DNA of 59,236 bases, counting the filler, from Sphacelaria rigidula (Eukaryota): the NCBI GenBank assembly GCA_964200075.2. It is 8 parts of 8 records of this genome, joined end to end, with 100 filler letters (N's around TTAATTAATTAA, not from the genome) between each part and the next. Parts side by side here need not be neighbours in the genome. Positions count along the whole stretch, not along the records: positions 37,088 to 44,404 come from CAXNAA020015476.1; positions 44,505 to 51,820 come from CAXNAA020015477.1; 6 more parts are not named here. One strand, written 5' to 3'. Positions 37,215-48,084 of the stretch are shown here, in pieces. The position numbers and the translations under genes are program-made. The notes under the pieces are model-generated. The model worked only from the letters and a program-made list of their open reading frames with translations. It searched no databases and had not been told where the DNA came from. The number at the start of each line of letters is the position of its first letter. The stretch's first letter is position 1.

Positions 37215-37592
37215 CAATATATATTAGACGCATTGACGCACGACATATTGGGGCGGCAATATATATTGGCGCTTCGGGTGTCGAGTATATTGAATCGTCA
37301 ATATATATTGACCTCGGGTGGCAGCAAATATATTACTCGATGAATATATATTGGTACCTTCTCGCACCAACATATTACTCGGCCGATATACATTGAGGTG
37401 GCGCGTGTCGTGATGTATTGCTCGGTTGATATATATTGCATGTCGCGAGCCTTGATATATTGATGGCACAATATATATATTGACCCTCTCTCGTGTCATC
37501 ATATTGCTCGCCCAATATATATTGACCACCCGATGCCTCGATATATTGAGTGGGCAATATATATTACATATTGTATTGTCCAGGGTGTGGAG
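37215..37592. repeat. ~42-bp-period array of palindromic CAATATATATTG cores with unique spacers, ending in a MITE-type terminus
   Basis: Nine cores at 42-44 bp spacing, each followed by a variable ~17-nt GC-rich spacer, then ATATTR and a ~6-nt variable spacer. Confidence 0.85.
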
Positions 37593-37689
37593 TGCTTCCA
37601 ACTACGGTCAACGTTGACACAGGTGCTGAGCCTGTCTAGTTTCACTGATCATGGTGCGATTGACATCTGAGATTCTTGACCAGGATTAT

Positions 37690-38700
37690 TTTCATTGTTC
37701 AGTCTCCCATGCTTTTGCTTTTGTCGATAAAGTACCGGTGACGCTCGTTGTGTTTAGGCACTTCGTTCCGATATCAGCGAGTTGCTCCTTCTTGGATACG
37801 TCGTAGATCATGATCTGCCCTCCATCACCATTTCGCGGATGTAGAAGAAACGTTAGGCTACGTGCTTCGTGCGAGCGCTGAAATTCCGGGCGTTAATGAT
37901 ATTGAGCGTAGCCGTACCATCGATGCGCAGCAGCACTCAGACAAAATTCGCCTCAAACCCCAAATCCGTCGTCATATTCAAGCATAACACCGTCTCCTTT
38001 ATCGCCTCTGCCGCAGCCCACATCCCGGCTTCTATCACCGCCATGACCGCGAGACTCTGCAGTTCCGACTTGAAGCTGACTGGGGCCTTCGCCATCATTA
38101 CTACGCACAATGGCATCGACTTGCCATTGCCGAGATTGTTGCCTGGTTTGGAGTCTGAAAGCACTGTAAGGTCGAACATTCAGTCGTAGGGGGTGACTTG
38201 AGTAAGGTTTATCACTGAGCCAGTGATGGCCTGTTTGCACTGCTTGACACCCACCGCATTGAGAAGTTTATTTTCCGGTTGTTGCGGTGATGGCTCCGCG
38301 CCGAACCCGGGTGTACCCAGGGGATTGCCGGTCCACTATCCGAACCTCTCCAGCGCAGGTTTCGTGCCCCCCGATGGTCGGTGTGCTCTTCTCGCGGTCC
38401 CGCGTGACCCGCATGCCGAGAACACATGATATTTCCATGTCGGTCGTCCTGAACCGGCTCATCGACTTCTTCTTGACAGCCTCGAGAACCGGAATGTTTC
38501 CTCCGAGTGAACGATCGTCGTCAACGTGGAGCGTAAGTATGATGGCCGTGTCGCTGTTCTTGTATATGTAGATGCATGTGTCAGGGTGAAGAGACACGAA
38601 AAAAAAAATCCCCATCTCCCTTTCGAGCCTCTAAATCTTCATCACTTGATCTGCCGGCTCGTTGTTCAGAGCATTACAATAGAAGCTAATCAAAGGTATA
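37690..38700 (-). mobile_element. Old Ty1/copia RT/RNase H remnant
   Basis: CIYIY..IILTLHVDD, VLGMRVTRDRE, GNN..NGKS...MAKAPVSFKS.LQS, FYIREMV, ADIGTKCL. Heavily frameshifted. Confidence 0.85.
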
Positions 38701-38803
38701 TCCGAGGGTTTGACACATCTGCTACACATCCAGCTGCTACTTGCTTCCAGTACACTATCGTTCACTATTCTCAACGAAGCACCTCTGGCTTATCCCTGGT
38801 GTT

Positions 38804-39459
38804 TGTAATGGACACACACACAATGGGAGAGCACACTCAGCATTCAATACACACAATTGGCTGTAGGCTTAGAAGAGGGGAGCCAGGAGAGAGAGGGAGG
38901 AAGGGAGAGACAGCGACACACAGTAGCACACACAGTAGTAGCAACAACAGTAGATCCCACACGCCTCGCCTTGGGTTGCCGACGTCAAATATACACTAGA
39001 GGGAAGGCACCCTCAGTACACATTACACAAACTCTTGGCTATAGTCTGAGAAGAGGCGAGACAGGAAAGACACGAGAGACCAACAAAGACAGCGATGGCA
39101 ACAATAGATGCGAACTCCTTGTGCGGATTTGACTACAGCCAGGCTCATTTTGTTGCGCTTGGGCCGATTCTTTGGTCGGACCATCCTTGTTATCTGACCT
39201 ATCCGCTCCCCAGGCCAAACTTCACGACAGGACAACCCGATTTAAGCTCAGTCGTACTAGGGTTGATAGCGAAGAGTTGACGTCTCTACCGCCCTCGTAC
39301 TCTTTGATCAGGGGAACCCGTACGCTTGCCGTTTGTCGACATGGAAACCCAGCTAAGTTCAGATCAATCACGTGTCCGGTGGCCGATAGCTCGTTGTTGA
39401 GATGCCCCGAGAATGATCGGGTCGGTGTGAACGGTGAACGTTGATCACGTACTTTAACA
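38804..39459 (-). repeat. Candidate 3' LTR preceded by a polypurine tract
   Basis: The minus strand reads gaggtgaaggggg|TGTTAAAG at 39459 and ends ...CCATTACA at 38804. No second copy lies in the window. Confidence 0.5.
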
Positions 39460-39575
39460 CCCCCTTCACCTCAGCCACGGACGGCGTCGAGCATTTCCCG
39501 CCGGGCCTCCTCCCCCTGCTCTGGTTGCGAGATCCCCGCTCTGATCAGGAGCGAATCCTCGAGGATTATCGCGCC

Positions 39576-40673
39576 ATGCACCCGGCCAAGCACCCTGCGC
39601 CACCTTCGCCCCGCCAAACGGCGGACGACGCTGCCCACCGTCTCCTTCATGACGACCTCACGGCACGTCTAACGCGCCAACGCCAGGCAGTCGACTCGGC
39701 GACCAGCCGCCAGCGGGCGGCTCAACGGGCTTTGACTGAACGCCTCGCAGCGTTCGACAAGATGCGCGACACCATTCACCGTGATGAAGACCGCCTGCGC
39801 CAATACACCGCCGCCACGGCCACCGCCACCTCGGCCCTCCGATCCTTGGAACAGGAGCGACACCTTCCTCTTCTGAGGACAACGCCGACCGCATCAGCGC
39901 CTGTGCCTACCTCTGCACAACCAGGCTCTGCGGAGAACCGTCGGCCGTCGCGCCCATACGCTGCTGCTGCGGCTCCTACCGCCTCGCCTGGGCGCACCCC
40001 GCCATCGCCACCGCATGACCTTCAGGCCTCGGCGCCCCCTGCCCTCACACCTTGGCTGCGCCTTCAGGGCAGCGAATGGTCTTGGCTTTCTTGGACGCTA
40101 CGCCAACTTTCGGGAAAGTACAACCGCAAAAACATTCTCCGCGCCTCCGAGGAGGCTTGGCGCTCGCTTACCCTGCCGATCAACAGCGTGATCGTACCCT
40201 TCCTTCAGCAAGGAGACCAAGTGCCTAACAACGACTCGGGCGCTCCCACTATCGAACGCCTGGTACTGTACCTAACGATCGGTACCAGAGGCAGTCGCCC
40301 CGCTTATGAGACCGCCATCGCCGCCCTCTTCGCTGCTATGCAGGCAGCCCACAACAAGCTGCCGCCCGACGATGATGGGGCCTGGATCACACCCCACCTC
40401 CCTCGCCACCGTCGTGATGACGACGACTTCGACGACGACCAACCCAGTGCCGAACAGCGCCGCGGTCAGGGCACTACCCGTAACCACAACAATGGTCGCC
40501 GCACAACTCGGGGCACCCATAAACGCTTTGGCAACCAATCTTCAAGCTCGTCTACGACTAGACACCGTCAGTACACCTTGACGCGATCCATGCGGCCCTC
40601 ACCGGCCGTCAGGCAAGTAACGCCTCCTTTAGCAGCTGCGTCTGCTCGCCTTTTAGGTCTCACGGATAGTTAA
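39576..40673 (+). CDS. Intronless orphan ORF (365 aa from ATG 39576; frame open from 39441), probably TE-borne
   Basis: Stop-free for 1.2 kb and GC-rich. It has a coiled-coil-like N-part, a Pro/Ala linker, a Trp-rich globular-looking core and an acidic/basic tail. No recognised domain. Confidence 0.55.
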   Translation: MHPAKHPAPPSPRQTADDAAHRLLHDDLTARLTRQRQAVDSATSRQRAAQRALTERLAAFDKMRDTIHRDEDRLRQYTAATATATSALRSLEQERHLPLLRTTPTASAPVPTSAQPGSAENRRPSRPYAAAAAPTASPGRTPPSPPHDLQASAPPALTPWLRLQGSEWSWLSWTLRQLSGKYNRKNILRASEEAWRSLTLPINSVIVPFLQQGDQVPNNDSGAPTIERLVLYLTIGTRGSRPAYETAIAALFAAMQAAHNKLPPDDDGAWITPHLPRHRRDDDDFDDDQPSAEQRRGQGTTRNHNNGRRTTRGTHKRFGNQSSSSSTTRHRQYTLTRSMRPSPAVRQVTPPLAAASARLLGLTDS

Positions 40674-41787
40674 TCAAATCCTGCTTGTTCACTGCATGGT
40701 GCAAGCATATATGTATATATATATATGGTTCATACAACTTTCTCGTTCATCCATTTTATGTCCGGCTCGTATGTTTGCAACTTGCGTAATCTCCACGATA
40801 AACACACGAGTCGTTCATTACGAGCCAACAACTTTCATCAGATTATTTCCGGCGTAAATCTCGGCAAAGGAATGTGTGTTGGATCCATGGACTCTCAAGA
40901 CCAGAAGAATGTAGTCCTGTGACCCACCGCTGCGGGTAATATTAATCAAATAATAACTAATAGTATGTTCAACATAATCGACCGCTCTGATGACGGGTAA
41001 GCGTTCACACAGATAGAGTGGGTGAACAGCAGTCAACACCTTGGCTCAGGCAAATAGCAATGTTCCAGAACGTTCGTATTATCTCGTCACTTCACCCTCT
41101 TCACTCTCACACAATGCAATCAACTCAGTCACACAGAAATACACGCTCAATATCCCTTTCACTTCAGTATCACTCTCACAGACTCACCACGTACACTTAT
41201 GTTAACCCCCAGAGCAAGGCAGGCAGTTGGCACCCAGAACCCAGAACCAAGATGGACTAAAATGAACTGACTGAGGACGGCGGTGCTCGACCAGGATGCT
41301 CGTACTGCACACGTGACTGTACTCGCATAACCTTAGTCATTATACATCATCCCTCTGATTGGTCACCTCACCCTCCGTAATTGCAACATGGTCCATGCTA
41401 TTTGTACTGCATTATATCCTGCATCTCTGTTGCCCATGGCAGAGCGTGAGCATAGTCGATTAGCCCCCCTTTTCACGGCTCAGCCATGACTTGAAAACCT
41501 ATACCATTGAAAACCGGAATGAAAAATAATAATTATCCGACACAAAAATGGAAAAATTCAAGCCACGGTCAAACTCCATAAATATATGATTAAAAAAGTC
41601 GTAAGTTACCCACAAAATAATACCAATATTTCGTTTTCCCCAAAACCCTCATCACTTATCTTAAGTCACATAAAAAATTCAACAAACATAAAACATGAAA
41701 ACTGAATATTTTCAGCAAATATTACCTCGAATATTTTGTGCTCCTCCCGAAACCTGTGCCACTCGCCTCATAAAATATCTCAATAGT

Positions 41788-44148
41788 TCACAAAATACTC
41801 ATGAAATAATTACGATGAAATTCAAAGACCTCTGTGGGCAACACCTTTGTCAAGAAATCAGCATGTTGATCTTCCGATCTTACGTGGATAATGGAAATCT
41901 CCTTCCTCGATACTACTTTCCTGATAAAGTGATATCTAACATCGATATGCTTGGAGTTCGAGTTGGTTATGGGATTCTGTGCTAGTTGAATGGCTCCCTG
42001 ATTATCCTCGAACAACGGAATACACGGTACTCCAACCCGAGGCAACATAAATTGCCATACCTGTCTGAGAAACATTACCTCCTTCAACACGTCAGTCATG
42101 ACTCCGTATTCTGCCTCCGATGTATATAGCGTTTCGCATTTTTGTGTTCTGGAGAACAAAGAAACACATCCGCCACCACACATGATCAGCCCCCCAGATA
42201 CCGAACGCCTGTCCGCTGCTTTGCTGGCGTAATCAGCATCAGCAAACGCCTGAAGGCTCATTCCCTGCAAACTTCCTCTACGGTTGGTAATCCCAAGTGT
42301 ACTGGTCCGTTTCACATATCCCAAAATAGCAATCGCTGCACGTCAATGTAGGATTCTGGGACACGCACAATGCCTTGCTACTGCTCGTACTGCATTAGAT
42401 ATGTCTGGTCGTGTTTGAGTGGCCAGCCACATGAGTGATCCCACCAGTTCTCTGAAAGATAGTTTCATTTGCTCTTCGTCGTCTCTGAACTCTTCAAGCT
42501 TCACACCGGGCCCCATCGGGATATTGTTACCTTCCTCAACATTGAATGTCAGTGCCAACTCTTCTGCAAACGTTTGTTGTGATATACTCAGCGTCCCACT
42601 CTCCAAATCCCTCTCGTAATATAGTCCCGAGTACCATCGCAATTCCCCCAGATTCTTGATCGGTATCATTTTGTTCAGGTCCTCACCAAGTCTGCCACAC
42701 CTTTCCACACTTCCTACTGCAAAGATATCATCTACATGTACCACCAACATAATAGATACTTTTCCCTCTTCCATTAGACGAAAAACGCATGGATCTGCCA
42801 AACATTGCGCGAATCCAAGATTGTTCAACTTTGCTCCAAAGTGATTGTACCATTGCCTGGACGCTTTTTTGAGACCATAAAGACTCTTGTTTAATTTCAC
42901 GATCTTCCCAGACAGTATCCCACAACCTGGGGGCAGTCGAATGAAAACGCTTTCCTCCAACTCCGATGGCACAAAAGCTTGTTCCACATCAAAATGACGC
43001 AAAGATAGGTCCTGCTCACACGCCAAGGCAGCTAACAAACGAACACTTGAAATTGCCACAGTTGGCGCATACAATTCACCGAAATCTATATCTGCTCTTT
43101 GCATGTCACCCCTTGCAACCAATCTTGATTTCGCTTTGGTAGCCCATCCAAACTCGCCAGCCTTCCAAGTGTACACCCATTTCGCGTTAATATAGTTGTG
43201 GACTGATTGCTACTCGGCTGAATCAACAGTCCCCGCGTCTACAATACCCTGAAACTCTCGAGCCATTGAGTCGACCCACCCACCCCCATATTCCGGCTGC
43301 AGAGCTTCAGCGTACGTCGTAGGTATCTTCAAGTCCTTCACTGGAATCTGCGGGATGTTCGGTGTCGTGCGCGGCGCATGCTCTTCCTTCATGACGTCCC
43401 TGATGTCTTCTCGCGTTGCCAGCTTTGTTGCGTCTTGGAACGGGATGCCCTTCTGCCCCCCTGCAATGCAGTCCTGTTTCCTTCCAACCTCTACCGCACT
43501 GCGCGTAAGATGGGCAGACAGCAATCATTGCTTGTCTAGTAGTGATAATAGGCCCAAGTCTTGATTGATGAGTGATGTTGACGGAGTCCTTTCAGATATA
43601 TGTTGTGCTGTGGCCGAGCGTGTCCTCCCTGGCTGTCGTGGATCTGTTTCCAGATCAAGTTCCCTGACAACTCTCGGCGGGATCGGTGAAAACGAGAAAT
43701 CTTGAACATGGGTTGTTGATGGTGGTGGAGATGTTGTTGCCGATGATATTGGTGACGGTGCTTGTGAATTATTAAATAGTGGCGGTGATGCCGGTGGCCT
43801 ATGCGGGTGTTGTGGTGGAGTTGAATCGGTATGCGATTGCTGTTGTGTGGGCGGTCGTGGAGGTGAATAAGTGGGTGATGTAAACGTAGGTCGTGGTCGT
43901 GTGTGGCGCGGTTGTTGGGCGATGATTTTTAGAGGTGTAAATTGCGGGAAGGTCGGAGCGGGAATGGTATGTCTGGACTTTGACATAGTCGAATGAAAAG
44001 GTGAAGGTCTCGGCATGGTCGGAACGGGAATGCGGTATCTGGGTTTGGGAATGGTCGGATGAAAAGGGGTAGGTCTCGGCATGGTCGGAACGGGAATGCG
44101 GTGTCTGGGTTTGGGAATGGTCGGATGAAAAGGTGTAGGTCTCGGCAT
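41788..44148 (-). pseudogene. Copia pol, one reading frame broken by three nonsense codons
   Basis: ORFs 43525-44148, 43210-43524, 42343-43176 and 41788-42324 are all in the same frame, separated by TGA, TAG and TGA. Confidence 0.9.
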
Positions 44149-44230
44149 GGTCGGAACGGGAATGCGGTGTCTGGGTTTTGGAATGGCCGGATGAGAAGGT
44201 GTAGATCTCGGTATGGTCGGAATGGGAATT
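43960..44230 (-). repeat. 66-bp in-frame tandem repeat (~4 copies) in the copia IN-RT linker
   Basis: Encodes MPRPTPFHPTIPKPRHRIPVPT repeats (22 aa). Confidence 0.9.
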
Positions 44231-46261
44231 GAATGTGCAGTGTCGGCGGTGGTTGTAGGTGGTAGCCACGGAGATGCGGCAGCGGGGAAAGGTTGCGGTA
44301 GTGTTGGTGCGGCGGCGGCGTCGGCGGCGGAATGATTGCTTCCCCCCCCCCCCCCCCCCGCCGGCGCCGCCGGCGGAAAAAAAGGGGGGCCAGGGAAAGT
44401 CCACNNNNNNNNNNNNNNNNNNNNNNNNNNNNNNNNNNNNNNNNNNNNTTAATTAATTAANNNNNNNNNNNNNNNNNNNNNNNNNNNNNNNNNNNNNNNN
44501 NNNNTATTCACGCAACTTTTGCGCCATTCCACGTGTCTGGACTGCGTGTACCTGGGTTGCAACGCCGGAACAAAGCCTGGAGTGATTCGTCACGAGTCGA
44601 CTCGTCATACTAAAACCAAGTAATTTACAGACGAATCATTATTCGTCCGACCCTTCGTGCTTTTGCAAACACCCATAACGCTCTCGAATTCGAAAGACGC
44701 GGGCTCTCGAAATGAAGAAACTGTCCCAAGATCGTTCATAGCAAAAGGTGTGGGTAGATTCTTATTTCCCCCCATATAGGTGGATACACTTTTGGGGGGA
44801 ATATTCCGCCGATTCCCGAAAAGGCCCCTGCGTGCAAACACCATGATCTTCCCTGGTGTTGAGCGTTTGCTAGCAAAATTATTTTTTGTTCATCATGGTT
44901 CTAAAGACGGACCAACTGTCATGGGAGCCGTTCAAAATAAGATTAACGACCAATTTTGACCGCTGTGCAGGCCAACTCATCTGAGACCCTTTTTTACGGC
45001 TCGTATTTTGTGGGTGTGGTCCTTTCCACTTTTGAGACATCTGACACGACTTTTGCCCCCCCCAAATAGGAAATATAGCCACCATACGTTTTGGACACCT
45101 TGCATCACCCCACCGAGATAATTTCAGCCCACTTTTCCGATTCGCTTCGCTCCGAGGTTTCGAGAACGACCTCTGGACAAAGAGACGGCTGGAAAAAAAA
45201 GAAGCGGCATATGCAGGTATTTTCACGGCAAAGTGTTCAAGTCGTGTGATGACGATATTCTCAGGAAGCCAACAGTCGTGGCAAAGGTCCCTACAGTCAG
45301 GAAGACACCACCAAAGAGCAATGCAGTGGTGGGGATTGCACTTTTTGTTCCTGGTTCTCTTTTTTGTAGGAGGAATTGTATGGGGCTTACGGTGCAACCC
45401 AAATCTATGGGGACCGGACTCCGGGAAACAGGCGGTGCCGAGGTTAGCTCTCCACGTTGTTGCAGGGTGAGGAAATTTCTCGGAATTAATGATTCCGAAT
45501 AACTCTAACCCTAGTCCTCACCCTCACCCCGACGAAGGCATGCCGAGAACCCCAGACAAGGGGGGTGAAAGACGTTTCCCAGGCAAAGTTGTGCGTTTCC
45601 AGCCCTCAAATCAGCGCCTGCGGCGCCGAACAAGACAAAAACGCGTTCCGCGTATGCGAGGAGCGCAGCCCCGATCAAATTTCGGATTTTGGTGTGCACA
45701 CTTAAACCAAGTCGGAAAAACTTCACCCTACCAAGCGGTGAACTCTACCGGCGATGCCATACGAACATGTATCCTTTGTTGTACCGCTAAATACGATTTT
45801 GGATTATAGTCCTTGATTTGAAATCACGGACACGCAAACAGTGTTCATCTCAACACATGTTTGTTCTGGAGCAGGTTGCTTTGGCTTGTTAGGATGGGCC
45901 CTTGCAGTATAATGTATGAGGCGGTGGTGCACGCAGAGAAACAAATCGCTGTGAATTACATGCTGTTTGTGACGAGTACCACCACCTAAAAGTTGGCGCT
46001 TCCTAGATTTGACCTATTTCGACCACTCGAATTGAAGTGAAAATGCACATGGGTACAGGCTGAGCCACAACCTGTATGCTCATATTTCTCCACCACACGA
46101 GTAGTTTTTCGTCCCAAGAATTAATCCGATGTACAAGTATCGTTGTGAAGTGCAGATCAACCTGCCGATGCATGCTCTGCCGTAAATGAATGGACAAAAC
46201 CGTGTTGCACAATGTAGTAACTCAGCGACGGAACCAGACTCTGTCGGGTAAAGGAAGGATA

Positions 46262-46328
46262 TATCTGTCGGATCGAACTCACGACTTCCGCCCTTGCGGA
46301 AGTTTCTTACCTGCTAGACAACGAGGTG
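46262..46328 (-). other. Degenerate tRNA-like/SINE head
   Basis: cctcgttgtctagcaggtaaga-aacttccgcaagggcggaagt-cgtgagttcgatccg has an A-box-like motif, a hairpin and a B box. No proper acceptor stem. Confidence 0.4.
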
Positions 46329-46464
46329 TAACGGTATCACACAAAGAATGGAATGCATGACGCAATCTGATGAGTTTTGCGCTGAAATTCACGCGTACGC
46401 TCTACGTCAGTACGCAAAAACGTATTGCCTTACCCAATATATATATAGAGAGAGATGTGCGTGT

Positions 46465-46699
46465 GTACGAGCTGGGGCAGCTGACCGATTATTGAACGTT
46501 TTCGCGCCCGGCGGTTGTAAATTGGAAGAGTTGGGTGCTGAAATTTTGACACGAGATTTGTATCAACACTCGCAATATTTCTTGGGATGACAAGAAAAAA
46601 ACAAAGTTGGAGCGATCCGAAATTTCAGTAAAAACTTGACGAATGTTATAACTCTATGGAAAAAACGAAAAACGGCGGCATCCCCAGCACTGTCGTACG
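46465..46699. mobile_element. Possible MITE
   Basis: gtacgagctggggcagctgaccg versus the reverse complement of the right end, gtacgacagtgctggggatgccgccg. Confidence 0.35.
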
Positions 46700-47732
46700 G
46701 ACTTGCGTGCCGGAGATATTGAAGGAAAGTAGTCCTAAAACTCCTGAAATTGGGCCTAGTTTGGCACTCTTTGTGTGACACCGCTGCGCCTCTCGTTTCC
46801 GTGTGATACAGGAGACCCTAGTTATGGAGGTCACGAGTTCGAATCCCGACATATCCTTATTGTTTTCGTTTCGTCGTCGAGGTCATACACCATGCAGTGC
46901 ATTTTTTTCTTTTGAGCGGCAGATCGTGCATGACCAGATTGATCCTATACAGTTCACATCGATATGCTGAAATCGGGCTGATGCGGAAAAGTTAGGAAGT
47001 TGTTGTGTGATGTGCGTTTGTCCGTGTTACGGTTGGCCCAGCTCGAATACGTACGAGAATATCATCACTCGCGTAGCATCCTTTGTGAGTGAGCTCGCCG
47101 TGCACGTCCAAGCGTACGACCCAAACCAAGTTAGAAACTGAGCTCATCCCTGCGATGTAGCGATAGGTTTGGTTTGTAGCACACAACACGACAGCAGAAG
47201 CGGCACGGAGCGACACGTGAAAGTGACACAGATTTGACGGGCCTGATGACCGGAAGTACACACGCAAACTGCTCGCGTTCTGTTTGGTTAAAGTTGAATT
47301 TTTGAAGTCGACCGATCGAAAGCCAATCGTGCCGGTTTTTTTTTTATCGAAACATCACCTATTCGCCACCCCACCCCGACCATTGCAGTTAGTTCTGTTG
47401 TGATTGTAACCGATTCACTCTGTACTGCTCATAGCACCGTGCTTTTCCCTGAGCGACATCGACGGCAATCCTTTTTGCATCCTGTTGGACACACATGTCA
47501 TTCAACCAACCCACGTGTCACACAACCAAATCCCGAAGGCACAACCAAGTGTACGTGCCGATCATAACCCAGCCCCACCGGTCGAAAACCGCTTTCAGGT
47601 TCACGTTCACCACAACATCTGCCCTTGGCGGACGTCGCGCGCTCGCAAGAAGCCAGGCCACAGCGCGGGCCGGCGAAAGCAGACGCGGGGCCAGCTGGGC
47701 AAGTAGCTGAGAGGGGGGAGGAATACTTGGCG

Positions 47733-48084
47733 ATGAAAAAGTTCAGCAGTGGTGTGAGAGTCCTAGTCGGGCGCGTCAAAGGGGGAATAAATAGCAAGCA
47801 ACCCTCCGCGACCGACGACGGCAGCGGCGGCAACGGTGGAAGCGACGGCCGAGACGGTGCGGGCTCGGACGGCATGTCTGTCTCGGATAACTCAGAGCAT
47901 CGCGGTAGCCTGCCCGAACCCCCCCCGAGCGGAGGCGACTACTCTGCCGAGATGAAAGATGCGGGCGACGGCGGTGGCGGTGGCGGTTTTGCCGATGTTC
48001 CGGGGGATGAAATGTTGCCGCCAGGCCCAGTGCTGGTTGGGGCGGCGAGCCGAAAACGCATGCCCATTATCAACGATCCTGAAG
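47733..48084 (+). CDS. cNMP-binding protein (PKG / PKA regulatory subunit-like), first coding exon
   Basis: MKKFSSGVRV..SRKRMPIINDPE G|gtgagt. Phase 1 matches the acceptor at 51214. Confidence 0.65.

Larger units (their letters stand above)
40912..44404 (-). mobile_element. Ty1/copia LTR retrotransposon, 3' half (RT, RNase H, PPT, candidate 3' LTR)
   Basis: AKWVYTWK..KAKSRLVARG, HFDVEQAF, LNKSLYGLK, VVHVDD, ADADYA..RRSVSG, SKHIDVRYHF, QHADFLTK. PPT gaaaaagggggg at ~41464-41475. LTR-like segment ~41462-40912. Confidence 0.92.

Noticed and set aside
41788-44148. Programmed stop-codon readthrough or RIP-like hypermutation in copia/gypsy pol
   Set aside because: The stops are of mixed types and contexts, one replacing a conserved Trp. 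They are too few to show a bias and fit ordinary decay.
45500-45530. Telomeric repeat
   Set aside because: Only 3-4 degenerate CCCTAA-like units at an internal position.
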